Source: Patescibacteria group bacterium | GTDB lineage: Bacteria; Patescibacteriota; Microgenomatia; UBA8517 | NCBI GenBank assembly: GCA_035291665.1 | Contig: DATDRP010000004.1 | Span: 22,272-86,271, forward strand | Direction of reading: 5' to 3' | Length of the DNA stretch: 64,000 nt | Part shown: piece by piece, positions 18,975 to 28,058 of the stretch | Layout of the letters: each line of letters opens with the position of its first letter | Position numbering within the stretch: the first letter of the stretch is position 1 | The notes under the pieces: generated by a model | Database searches by the model: none | What the model was told of the DNA's origin: nothing | The model's input: the letters and a program-made list of their open reading frames with translations, nothing else | Made by a program: the position numbers and the translations under genes

Positions 18975-19010
18975 GGAGTTCTACCTGATGCACGTGCATT
19001 GCATGGGCAC
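18975..19010. repeat. direct repeat copy A: atgcacgtgcattgcatgggcacccaatt, upstream of the 19066 gene
   Basis: Contains the palindromic core TGCACGTGCA. A near-identical copy lies at 19908..19945. Confidence 0.6.
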
Positions 19011-19065
19011 CCAATTATGATGTATATTATTATTGTAAACTACATATTATTAGCCTTCAAATAAG

Positions 19066-19863
19066 ATGAAAACTCATAAAAATCCAAAAAGCAATCTTTC
19101 AAAGAAAGTTTTTGAACTTACTGAAGGTGTAGCAAGCAGATTGACTGATATGGTATTGATAATGCTGTATTACGGATTTGAAGCAGCTTTCTCCAGCCGG
19201 GGGGATCTATGGCAAGCTGGTGAAAAAGTAGTTGGTGATTTTGAATATCTAAACTCTAATTCTATAAAAAATGCCTTGAAGGGTTTGAAAAAACAGGGTT
19301 TTATCGGCAATAAAGGCAGTAGTGAAAATATTTCTGTTATAACAGAAACCGGGAGAAAGAAACTGAACGCAACTATTCCTTTTTACGACAATAAACGTAC
19401 TTGGGATAAACATGTGTATCTTGTTACTTACGACCTACCGGTCAGTAAAAACAATCAACGAAATTATCTCAGGACATATCTCAGGACTATCGGATGTGGA
19501 ATGCTCCAGGAAAGCGTTTGGGTTACACCATATAACCCAACGAAGTTAATTGATGAATTTGTCACGGATTCATTTCTTGAAGACAGTATGATATTGGTAT
19601 CATCATTCGGTAATGATGGTGCAATTGGGGACATGGATTTGCGATCGCTTATGGATAAGGTCTTTAAGCTTTCTGAAATAAACAAAAGATATCGCGATTT
19701 CTTACACCGGACTAATAACGGAGGTTTTACGAAAGAACAATTAATGTTTGGATATTTGGCAATACTGAAGGATGACCCTCAAATACCTTTTGAGTTATTA
19801 CCAGGTGATTGGCTTGGAGGTAAGGCAAATCAAGTTTTCCTCGAGAAGATAAAACAGGGCTAA
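19066..19863 (+). CDS. hypothetical protein, possibly a PaaX-like or Cas2-fold transcriptional regulator
   Basis: 265 aa. The segment HVYLVTYDLPVSKNNQRNYLRTYLRTIGCGMLQESVWVTP resembles the Cas2-like/PaaX C-terminal fold. This is a weak call made from memory only. Confidence 0.4.
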   Translation: MKTHKNPKSNLSKKVFELTEGVASRLTDMVLIMLYYGFEAAFSSRGDLWQAGEKVVGDFEYLNSNSIKNALKGLKKQGFIGNKGSSENISVITETGRKKLNATIPFYDNKRTWDKHVYLVTYDLPVSKNNQRNYLRTYLRTIGCGMLQESVWVTPYNPTKLIDEFVTDSFLEDSMILVSSFGNDGAIGDMDLRSLMDKVFKLSEINKRYRDFLHRTNNGGFTKEQLMFGYLAILKDDPQIPFELLPGDWLGGKANQVFLEKIKQG

Positions 19864-19907
19864 TAAAACATTAAATTCATAAAAATAAGATAAAACAGGG
19901 TGTCTAC

Positions 19908-19945
19908 TCAATGCACGTGCATTTGATAGGCACCCCATTGACCAT
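19908..19945. repeat. direct repeat copy B: atgcacgtgcatttgataggcaccccatt, downstream of the 19066 gene
   Basis: About 25 of 29 positions are identical to copy A, in the same orientation. Confidence 0.6.
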
Positions 19946-20085
19946 AACCATCGATTTGCCGTAACAGCATAACCTATATTTATCCGTCTTTGCAGAAAAC
20001 CGTGAGCGTAAGCTAGTGGAGATTCATTCATCTTTAAATCTGATACTTTAAAGATGGGTAGTCAGACTATATAATCGTTAAGGTC

Positions 20086-21357
20086 ATGAATTACAAACTC
20101 GATAAGCTTCCGAACGGCATCAGATTAATCACCGTAGAAATTCCCAACATGGAATCTGCGACGGTTACTTTGTGGGTTGGAGTCGGTTCGAGGTTTGAAG
20201 AAGATAAAATTGCAGGACTTTCCCATTTTCTGGAGCATATGGTCTTCAAAGGTAGTAAGAAACGCCCGACAGCAAAGAAAATCTCAGAAGCGATTGATGC
20301 CTTCGGCGGAGAATTTAATGCTTCAACTTCAAAAGAGTGGACGAATTTTTATATTAAAGCCCGGAAAGAAAAGGTTGATGTAGCATTTGATGTCTTGTCC
20401 GATATGGTTTTGAACCCCATTTTGTCCGAAAAAGAAATTGAGAAAGAAAAAGGTGTTATTTGCGAGGAAATTTCGATGTACGACGACACTCCAATGGCAA
20501 AAATCGATGATATTTATGAACGATTAATTTTCAAAGGCTCTCGTCTTGGAAGGGATATTATCGGTACAAAAGAAACGGTACGTGGAGTTAAACGTTCGGA
20601 TTTTGATGCATATAGAAAAACCCATTATAAAGGAAGTAATTTTGTAGTAACAGTTGCCGGTGGTATCAAACGTAATGAAGTATTAAAACTTACAAATAAG
20701 TACCTTTCGTCAATGAAGGACGGTAAAAAAGTTGAAGAAGTACTTTACAAATCTCAACAAAAAGTACCGACGGTACTATTGGAAACAAAGAAGAATGAAC
20801 AAGGACATTTAATTCTTGGTTTTTTAGGTGATAAAAGAGACCATAAAGACAAATATGCTGAAGCGGTACTTGCTTCTGTTATCGGAGGAGGAATGAGCGC
20901 TAGAATGTTTACCGAAGTTCGGGAGAAACGGGGACTTGCATATGCGGTACGTACCGGACCGGAACATTTCAAAGAAACCGGTTACTTCGGTACATATGCC
21001 GGAGTAGATTTGAAAAGAATCGATGATGCCATAAAGGTGATACTTGATGAGCATTATAAACTGTCTTCAAAGAAAAAACCGATTTCCAAAAAGGAATTTG
21101 AGAAAGCTAAGGAATTTATGAAAGGTCATTTGGCTTTATCACTGGAAGATACAAAAGCAATCAACGGATTTTTTGGAATGAAAGAGCTGCTATTGGAGAA
21201 AATTGAAACCCCCGATGAAGTAATCAAAAAAGTTGATAAAGTCACACTCGAAGAGGTTTATGCCTACGCTCAAAGAATATTCAAGCCCGAGAGATTATCG
21301 TTGGCTGTCATTGGACCGTTTGACGACGAAAAACGCTTCATGAAGCTGCTTCACTAA
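20086..21357 (+). CDS. M16 family zinc peptidase (insulinase/pitrilysin-like)
   Basis: Inverted zinc-binding motif HFLEHMVFKGS (HxxEH) near the N-terminus and two M16 domains, 423 aa. Confidence 0.85.
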   Translation: MNYKLDKLPNGIRLITVEIPNMESATVTLWVGVGSRFEEDKIAGLSHFLEHMVFKGSKKRPTAKKISEAIDAFGGEFNASTSKEWTNFYIKARKEKVDVAFDVLSDMVLNPILSEKEIEKEKGVICEEISMYDDTPMAKIDDIYERLIFKGSRLGRDIIGTKETVRGVKRSDFDAYRKTHYKGSNFVVTVAGGIKRNEVLKLTNKYLSSMKDGKKVEEVLYKSQQKVPTVLLETKKNEQGHLILGFLGDKRDHKDKYAEAVLASVIGGGMSARMFTEVREKRGLAYAVRTGPEHFKETGYFGTYAGVDLKRIDDAIKVILDEHYKLSSKKKPISKKEFEKAKEFMKGHLALSLEDTKAINGFFGMKELLLEKIETPDEVIKKVDKVTLEEVYAYAQRIFKPERLSLAVIGPFDDEKRFMKLLH

Positions 21358-21383
21358 ATTACCGGCGCGTATACTATTTAAGC

Positions 21384-22229
21384 TTAGGGGTAATTAATAT
21401 TAATCGGTTTATTTGGTTTTGATTTATCTTTTTTTCTGGCAATGATAAAGGCGATGACAAGAATTAGTAATACCAAAATCGATCCACCAATTATAACCAA
21501 TTTATTATTAGGATTGAAAATTCCGGAAGTTGAAGTGTAAACCCTTTCACCTGCGGGTTGGTTAGTGTCGGGGTTTGTTTTCGGATTCAAGGAGGGAAGA
21601 GGTCCTTCCGCATCGATTCCTTCTGTGAGAGACGTTTCATCAACCGAATCTGACCCACCCGTTGAATTCTCCGTGGGAGTAATGAGTAGTGTATCGTTTG
21701 CTTTCGGATCGGTGTTTTGGTATATGTATCCGGAAAAATTAGAAACCCTGCTTAGAATGTCACCTGTACCTTGGGAAACTGCTATGTTTGAATCAACAGT
21801 GCTTCCGGGTTCAAAATAAAACCAGACTTTTGCATTGCCTTCTTTGATTGCCTGGAATTTAATTTTAGCAAGTTCTCCCTTTCCGTTATAAGGTTTGTCG
21901 GGTGAATTAACAACACCGGATACGGTTACGGAACCTGTGTCATTATTGAAAAAAACCGAAGGGAAGTCATCGTAAATATCAGAAGCGTCAATTGCAACTA
22001 CTTTCAAAAGATTTGAATTAAAGAACAGTTTTGCACCCGCACCAAGTGAATTTTCACCATCGGTGTTTATCATTACTGAGATATCAATAACATCATATTT
22101 CTTAAGCGATGCCGATGCTGGATCCAAATAAAATTCCGGATTGGCAGCATGAATCTCACTAAAAGATAACAAAAATAGACTTACCAAAAAGACACTAAAT
22201 ATTTTTAAGTGAAGCACTTTTTTATTCAT
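21384..22229 (-). CDS. membrane-anchored protein with one cohesin-like domain (putative anchoring scaffoldin)
   Basis: Signal peptide, then a ~150-aa beta-sandwich-like segment whose pattern (...GAGAKLFFNSNLLKVVAID...SVFFNNDTGSVTVSGV...GKGELAKIKFQAIKEGNAKVWF) parallels cohesin signatures. A Thr/Ser/Pro/Asn-rich linker, a C-terminal TM helix and a KKDKSK stop-transfer follow. Confidence 0.55.
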   Translation of the reverse strand: MNKKVLHLKIFSVFLVSLFLLSFSEIHAANPEFYLDPASASLKKYDVIDISVMINTDGENSLGAGAKLFFNSNLLKVVAIDASDIYDDFPSVFFNNDTGSVTVSGVVNSPDKPYNGKGELAKIKFQAIKEGNAKVWFYFEPGSTVDSNIAVSQGTGDILSRVSNFSGYIYQNTDPKANDTLLITPTENSTGGSDSVDETSLTEGIDAEGPLPSLNPKTNPDTNQPAGERVYTSTSGIFNPNNKLVIIGGSILVLLILVIAFIIARKKDKSKPNKPININYP

Positions 22230-22253
22230 GTAAGAGATTTTACGAAGCTAAAG

Positions 22254-24500
22254 TTAGAGCTGATCCTTCAATAGATTCCAGTTATGTCTCATGATGACAT
22301 AATCAAGGTTATTAATACTTCCGCTTCGATCCAAGTCAACCAAGGACAGAGCTGTGCCGTAGTTGGGGAGCATATTAAGCGTGTAGTCGATCTCGTTTAT
22401 TTCACCGTCTCCATTAAAGTCTCCGCCCAGAAGTATCGGGTTTGAAAGATCAAGATACGAGTTTGTGGTTGATATTACAACAGGGTTTGTATCGCTTCCG
22501 TATTTTCTCGGGAGATATCCTGCAGTCTGAATCAGGAAAACATAATTACCTGTGGCGATTGATAGGATTGCTTCTCCTGCTGTATTTGTGGTTGCGGTTG
22601 TTTGAGTGATCGTTGTTGTATTGGGTTTACGATAAGAAACTGTGATGTTCGCACTGTTACTTACCCCGGTTCTCAACTTTCCCTGCATCTTGATTTTCAA
22701 AGTAACACTTGATGGAGAAGGAGTATTCGTAGCCGATACCGATGTCGGGGTAGCAGTAGGAGGTACATTTGTAGGTGTTGCGGTTGGTACAGATGTGGGT
22801 GGAACTGCAGTCGGACTGACTATGGCTCCGGGTTGAGAATATACTTCAAATTCTGCAAGCTGGAAGTAGTAATTATTATCAGAAGCATTTATTCTCAACT
22901 TTGTTGCATTAATCCTGACATATCTTGCAGTAACTTGCGTGAAGGAGAATGACTGGACGTTACTTGTCGGAAGCGCATAATTCGTAAGGTTTGCGACAGT
23001 TGTCCAAGTCGAATTATTTTGGGAAACCTGAACTGCAAAGTCGATCGGAAAGCCTTGTCCGACGTTTGAAACGTCATTTCTGGGATAAAGATTGACTTTT
23101 CCAACTGTATAGTTTGTTCCCAAATCAACGGTTATCCATTCAGTATGGGAGACACTCAAATTACTAAAACTACTCCATCCGAATGGTGCTGCGGATGAAC
23201 TTGTGTTTCCGTCAACTGCACCTGTTTTGAACCAACCCCAGTTTTCAATTGAGCTGGATGCCAGAACTGCTTTATTGAGTGCCAAATTCAAGTTTGATTG
23301 AATCGTCGGTGTGGCTGTTGGAATTTGTGTGGGAATAGCAGTTGGCTGTACGGTAGGTTGAACAGTCGGCGTTGCTGTCGGAGTTTGGCTGCCTGTTATT
23401 ATTACGGACGTCCCGTTGACGCTTGTCAGGATATCTACCGGATCTTGAGTATTCCATGTTCCGGTAAGAACCATATTCGAGTCATTTCTACCTCCCGGAG
23501 TAAAGTCGAATGTAATCTGAGATCCGGAACTAACTGCGACTCCTTTGAAAATGATATCCCCAACATGGATATTCGATCCGTTAACAGGAGTGGTTGAGGT
23601 GCCGGATCCGACATTAACTGAAATATACGCAGTTCCGGTCGTATTATTGAAAGTTAGTCTTGGGGTTGAGGTAAATCTTGGTTCATTTCCTTTTACAACA
23701 GTCACGGCTTGAAGTACTGCCGGATTGTAGTTTACTATCGCGTCAATACCGTCAACGTTTTGTCCGGCCGTATCTCCATAGATACTTACTGTAAATTGAG
23801 TGTTCAGCGTCTTTGTGCCAGGATTTGTAAGGAAAAGCCTTGCAGAACTTACTGGATTTACGGTGATATTGGCTGGAGTTGTCTGAACACCGAGCAAAAC
23901 TGATTGCATGTTATATACTTCTGTGGATTGAGACAGGCTTACTACGGCTGTTTGATTTGAGTTTGAAGTATTTTGATCGAATGTCAGCTTTGCGATGTTG
24001 GCTATGCCGGAGAGTGGTGGTGCCGGTTGAGGAGTCGGAGTACTATCGTTATATCCGATTGCGATTACCAACCTGAAGCTACCCGTTGTATTTGCCGAGG
24101 CCATTGAAGTTTTTTGAACGACTGTCCAATATTGGGGGATTACTTGGATTTCTTGAGTAAGTTTGACCATCGTAGGATCAAAATTTCCTTGCAAATCGAC
24201 AAATCCCACCTGTTCACCCTGAGTATTAATATTAAGATCGAGTGTTGTTGAAGGAGGGACGGATGCCGTAGAAGGACTCAAGTAAAGACTAACTGTTGTG
24301 ACAGCCGCCTTCAGCCTAAGTCTGATTTCTCTTTGGACTAAATAAACTCCCACAATTGCAGAGATTGTCAGAAAAATTACCAATCCAAGCTGCATTGGAT
24401 GAAGTTTTTTAAGTTTGGCAAGCAAAACTCGAAACGCTTTTTTTAAGTCGACTACATTTTTTAACATAAATAAAAAATATGTCTTTATTAACAACATCAT
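22254..24500 (-). CDS. scaffoldin-like protein: N-terminal TM anchor, two cohesin-like domains, F5/8-type-C (discoidin/CBM32-like) domain, divergent C-terminal dockerin-like module
   Basis: - Cohesin-like patterns: VGFVDLQGNFDPTMVKL...SGIANIAKLTFD and VDGIDAIVNYNPAVLQAVTV...GDIIFKGVAVSSGSQITFDF.
- Discoidin signature: ...WSSFS...EWITVDLGTNYTVGKVNLYPRND...
- C-terminus: GGDFNGDGEINEIDY...DLDRSGSINNLDYVIM, two Ca-loop-like segments. Confidence 0.6.
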   Translation of the reverse strand: MMLLIKTYFLFMLKNVVDLKKAFRVLLAKLKKLHPMQLGLVIFLTISAIVGVYLVQREIRLRLKAAVTTVSLYLSPSTASVPPSTTLDLNINTQGEQVGFVDLQGNFDPTMVKLTQEIQVIPQYWTVVQKTSMASANTTGSFRLVIAIGYNDSTPTPQPAPPLSGIANIAKLTFDQNTSNSNQTAVVSLSQSTEVYNMQSVLLGVQTTPANITVNPVSSARLFLTNPGTKTLNTQFTVSIYGDTAGQNVDGIDAIVNYNPAVLQAVTVVKGNEPRFTSTPRLTFNNTTGTAYISVNVGSGTSTTPVNGSNIHVGDIIFKGVAVSSGSQITFDFTPGGRNDSNMVLTGTWNTQDPVDILTSVNGTSVIITGSQTPTATPTVQPTVQPTAIPTQIPTATPTIQSNLNLALNKAVLASSSIENWGWFKTGAVDGNTSSSAAPFGWSSFSNLSVSHTEWITVDLGTNYTVGKVNLYPRNDVSNVGQGFPIDFAVQVSQNNSTWTTVANLTNYALPTSNVQSFSFTQVTARYVRINATKLRINASDNNYYFQLAEFEVYSQPGAIVSPTAVPPTSVPTATPTNVPPTATPTSVSATNTPSPSSVTLKIKMQGKLRTGVSNSANITVSYRKPNTTTITQTTATTNTAGEAILSIATGNYVFLIQTAGYLPRKYGSDTNPVVISTTNSYLDLSNPILLGGDFNGDGEINEIDYTLNMLPNYGTALSLVDLDRSGSINNLDYVIMRHNWNLLKDQL

Positions 24501-24532
24501 ATTCCTGTAATGTTGTCAATAGCCTTGTTAGA

Positions 24533-25858
24533 TTATAGACTATAATTCCCAAACCAAACAATATAATCAGCGCCATTTACGATCCCGTCTCTATTAAAAT
24601 CTCCGACAATATTTCCCGAAGTTGTGGGTTTTTGATAGTTTGTAAACCAAATTAAGTAATCGGCGCCGTTTGCCTTGCCGTCTCCATTTGCATCACCGGA
24701 ATTTGACCGAATCGAAGTCGGGTATACCGAAGGCAACTGATCGCTAGCTGGGACAACCACTTCTACATAATTTGACAATACAGATTCCGATCCGTTTATA
24801 TTAACAGCCGAAACGTTATAAATATATGTTTTACCCGATGTAACGCTTGTATCGGTATACGAAGTCTGATTTGCAGTAAAATCGGGGCCGTATCCGCCAT
24901 CGTCGCGCCCAATCCGATAATGGGAAATGTAGGGAGTAGTAGATGAATTCCAGGAAAGCGATACCGATTTTGATGTGATTCCCGTGACTTTCAAATTTGA
25001 AGGAGCACATACAGCGGTTCTTATTACGTTTGCAGACGAGGATACGTTACCGGAATTATCCTGGGCTGTTACTTCATAGCTGTAAGAACCACAAGACAAC
25101 GATTTATCAGTATATTGATAGCTTTCAGTAACTTGATCCATGATCGGAGTGAAGCTGTGAATTTTTGTACCGTTACGCCAAATAGAATAATTCGGAATAT
25201 CGCGATTATCTTTGGATGCAGTGCTTGTCAATTCAAAACTGTATTGCATATAATCTGAAGTGTTCTTAACGGTCAGATACGGCGCAGTCGGAGCAGTTTT
25301 GTCGACAATATTTATTATATTGTAATCAAAAGCTTCCCATTCCTCATTAAATCCAAGGTCGGGATTGAATGCATGGGCGACAACCAAATAATCTCTAACG
25401 GGATATAAATTGCTGTCGAAAGAACAGGTGAATGGAGCTGAGAAGTCAGTACACAGTTCCCAAACGTTTGGTTTATCATAATTTTCTTCCAGTCCGAATT
25501 TGACATATTTGACATCACCTGTAGTTGTGACAGTTATGTTTACCAATCCTTCAGCACTATAACCCTCTTGGGGTGAAGTGACTGTGATTGTGATCAGACC
25601 GAGTGGGGGTGTGGGAAGCGGTGTGACGGTAGGGGTGGGAACTCCGCAAGACCAAATGCAGGATGTATCGTTTGAACAAGATGAGTACTCAAAACTTGAA
25701 CAATAGGAAGGACCTGTACAACAGGAATACGCTTCGGATCTTTCGGCGGTTTTCGGATTTTGTGTAAAAAAGATGGCTATATATAAAGTGACGGATAAGA
25801 TCCCGACTGCGGAAATCTGAAGGAATAACGGTTTTTTTAATTTGTTAAGAAAATGCAT
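24533..25858 (-). CDS. secreted Ig-like/fibronectin-III repeat protein with C-terminal dockerin-like module
   Basis: N-terminal hydrophobic anchor or signal, a Cys-rich segment and Fn3-like repeats (SNLKVTGITSKSVSLSWN...). C-terminal GDANGDGKANGADYLIWFTNY...GDFNRDGIVNGADYIVWFGNY. Confidence 0.65.
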   Translation of the reverse strand: MHFLNKLKKPLFLQISAVGILSVTLYIAIFFTQNPKTAERSEAYSCCTGPSYCSSFEYSSCSNDTSCIWSCGVPTPTVTPLPTPPLGLITITVTSPQEGYSAEGLVNITVTTTGDVKYVKFGLEENYDKPNVWELCTDFSAPFTCSFDSNLYPVRDYLVVAHAFNPDLGFNEEWEAFDYNIINIVDKTAPTAPYLTVKNTSDYMQYSFELTSTASKDNRDIPNYSIWRNGTKIHSFTPIMDQVTESYQYTDKSLSCGSYSYEVTAQDNSGNVSSSANVIRTAVCAPSNLKVTGITSKSVSLSWNSSTTPYISHYRIGRDDGGYGPDFTANQTSYTDTSVTSGKTYIYNVSAVNINGSESVLSNYVEVVVPASDQLPSVYPTSIRSNSGDANGDGKANGADYLIWFTNYQKPTTSGNIVGDFNRDGIVNGADYIVWFGNYSL

Positions 25859-25957
25859 ACTCAGGTTATTTTAAGAATATGCTTAAAAGGAATTGATTGT
25901 CAAACAAAAATATTCAAAGAGGGTAAATGAATTTCGCTATTTATACGTATTTCAAGA

Positions 25958-26074
25958 ATACCCCATCTGAAGGCAATTGCCGAAGGATGGGGATGAATTG
26001 AATTAAGAATGTAACCTCGTTTAGACGGATCCGAAAGGATACCCCGCCTGAAAGCGACAGCGAGAGGGTGGGGA
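25958..26074. repeat. tandem duplicated hairpin element (2 x ~55 bp): taCCCCaTCtgaaggcaattgccgaaggaTGGGG / taCCCCgCCtgaaagcgacagcgagagGGTGGGG
   Basis: Two adjacent stem-loops with 7-bp G/C stems sit in the intergenic gap between two minus-strand dockerin genes. The spurious 60-aa ORF 25900..26082 shows the repeat as HPxAxAFRxGIL x2. Confidence 0.55.
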
Positions 26075-26103
26075 GGTTTCATATCAATGTATAAGAAAAT
26101 AGA

Positions 26104-28005
26104 TCACTTCCCGTAATTTCCGAACCAGATGATGTAATCAGCTCCGTTAACTATGGTATCTCTATTAAAATCTCCTGCTGATGGACCTTGGCTGGTTGTT
26201 TTTTTGTAGTTATTAAACCAGATCAAGTAATCGGCTCCGTTTACTTTTCCGTCGCCATTTGCATCCCCCGGTTTTGAAGTCGCCGTCGGGGTGGCTGTTG
26301 GAGTAACACTCGGTCCGCCGGTTGGCGGAGTAGGAGTAGATGAAGCCTGCGGTGTAGGCGAGGGTGGTATCGAACCGTTTACACTTATAGCTGTTGAAAA
26401 TTCACTTGCCAGTCCCGACCACTCAACCGATTTAACTTTAAACCAGGTATTTGATGTTGATCCTTGGTATCCGATACTGCCTGTATACAACCAGACAAAA
26501 GAGTCGTTCCAATGCTCGGCCGCGGTTGATCCCAGTACTCCTCGGACCAAGCCTGTAAACGAGGTGGGGGTCCTGCCGGTATAACTGACTAGTTCATTTG
26601 GTTTTTCGGATGACAGACCGGATATCTCCAGTGTACCTTGATCTGGAAAACCTGTTGTAGAATCTACATTAATTGAAGTTTGGTTATTTGTAATTTTGCT
26701 GGGAGCGTTCAGGTACGTTAACAATGAGGGGAGCAATGCAATCTGGTTATAAGTTCCCCCCTGGCTGGTGGAACCGTATATTTGATATTCCTTAATTTCC
26801 CGATGGTTAGGAGCGGGTTTAAAAGTGACTATTACATTACCGCCCGACGAAACCGCTTTCATATCAGAAGGTGCGGCGGGTTTCTTAAAAATAACATAGT
26901 AGAGATTTTTGTTTCCAGCTTGGCGAATATCTCCGCTAAATGCAATTTTAGTCGTATCGGGACTGAAGCTGGCGTTGACATAATCCCTGCCCGCATCACT
27001 CCCGTAATTTGCCACTCTTACCGGAGCCGATCCGGAAGTTGTGAGCGGTTGCGGAACACTGAAGACAAGAACGTGACCAACCTCGCCTCCAAGGTTAGCT
27101 CCCAGAACCATCCATTTAGCGTCAGGACTGAAGTTGGTGTGATCGCCATAAACTGCACCGTTTATCATAGTTAATTGTCTGGTTGCCGTATCTCGGGCAA
27201 AAAGAGTATTTGCATATTGAAAATCCGACCCATTCCCTCCGATCCAACCTTGACCTCCACCAATCATATAAGCAGAATCGGACAGGGTAGGATGGTCAAA
27301 AAGTCCTGCCCAGGTTTGGTTCCCTACATTAAGCTGGCCAAGAAATGTACCGGTATTAACATCAAAAACCATCGGTACATCTGTATATTGTTCCCATTGG
27401 CTATTATTAAGATACCAAGCGGCATTGTTACCCAGCCAGCCGTGGGTAACATCAAACCCACCTGACTGTCTGCCGGGGGAAACATAACCACGGCAATTTG
27501 TACCGTCAAGGTTAATGAACTTAACTGTACCTGTCCCGGAGCTGATATCGTTGGAGTTAGCAATACCTGAGAGTGTCCTTCCGTCGGGGCTAAGCATAGA
27601 AAAATAAAAAGGGAGGCAGGATGAGGCATTTGGAATTTGTGAAGATATGTTAGCGGCGATTTCTGTTTGGTAGAGATTTTCTTTTGAATAGTAGAACTTG
27701 CTGTCGTGGCTCCACCATCCCATCAGACCTTCCCCGACACCGCTGGAAGGGGCGCTTAAAGTGTGATTATTGTTTCCGTCAGTATTCATAACGTTATTAG
27801 GTCCGGTGATTATATATTGGCCATTAGGACTGAATGGGTTGGAAGTGTAATAAGAGGTAGGGTAGCTTGCAGAAGTATTAGTCATTCGCCATATTTCAAA
27901 GCCGGTTTCCGGATCGGTAAAGATTTCCTTGGGAGCTGCCTGAACAGGTGAGACAAAGATGGTAATAGTTAATATTGCGATAAAAACCTTAAACCAATGT
28001 GACAT
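26104..28005 (-). CDS. secreted beta-propeller (TolB/WD40-like) plus Fn3-like protein with C-terminal dockerin-like module
   Basis: Signal peptide, repeated propeller-blade-like segments, a Fn3-like domain, a TP-rich linker (TPTATPTATSKP) and GDANGDGKVNGADYLIWFNNY...GDFNRDTIVNGADYIIWFGNYGK. Confidence 0.65.
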   Translation of the reverse strand: MSHWFKVFIAILTITIFVSPVQAAPKEIFTDPETGFEIWRMTNTSASYPTSYYTSNPFSPNGQYIITGPNNVMNTDGNNNHTLSAPSSGVGEGLMGWWSHDSKFYYSKENLYQTEIAANISSQIPNASSCLPFYFSMLSPDGRTLSGIANSNDISSGTGTVKFINLDGTNCRGYVSPGRQSGGFDVTHGWLGNNAAWYLNNSQWEQYTDVPMVFDVNTGTFLGQLNVGNQTWAGLFDHPTLSDSAYMIGGGQGWIGGNGSDFQYANTLFARDTATRQLTMINGAVYGDHTNFSPDAKWMVLGANLGGEVGHVLVFSVPQPLTTSGSAPVRVANYGSDAGRDYVNASFSPDTTKIAFSGDIRQAGNKNLYYVIFKKPAAPSDMKAVSSGGNVIVTFKPAPNHREIKEYQIYGSTSQGGTYNQIALLPSLLTYLNAPSKITNNQTSINVDSTTGFPDQGTLEISGLSSEKPNELVSYTGRTPTSFTGLVRGVLGSTAAEHWNDSFVWLYTGSIGYQGSTSNTWFKVKSVEWSGLASEFSTAISVNGSIPPSPTPQASSTPTPPTGGPSVTPTATPTATSKPGDANGDGKVNGADYLIWFNNYKKTTSQGPSAGDFNRDTIVNGADYIIWFGNYGK

Positions 28006-28058
28006 GGAAGTAATTTAATAATCCATCAAAGTGAGGGTTGATGTCAATAAAATTCAAT

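Noticed and set aside
25900-26082. 60-aa minus-strand ORF in the intergenic gap
   Set aside because: Its internally repeated peptide (HPLAVAFRRGIL / HPSAIAFRWGIL) simply mirrors the tandem hairpin DNA repeat. It is not a gene.
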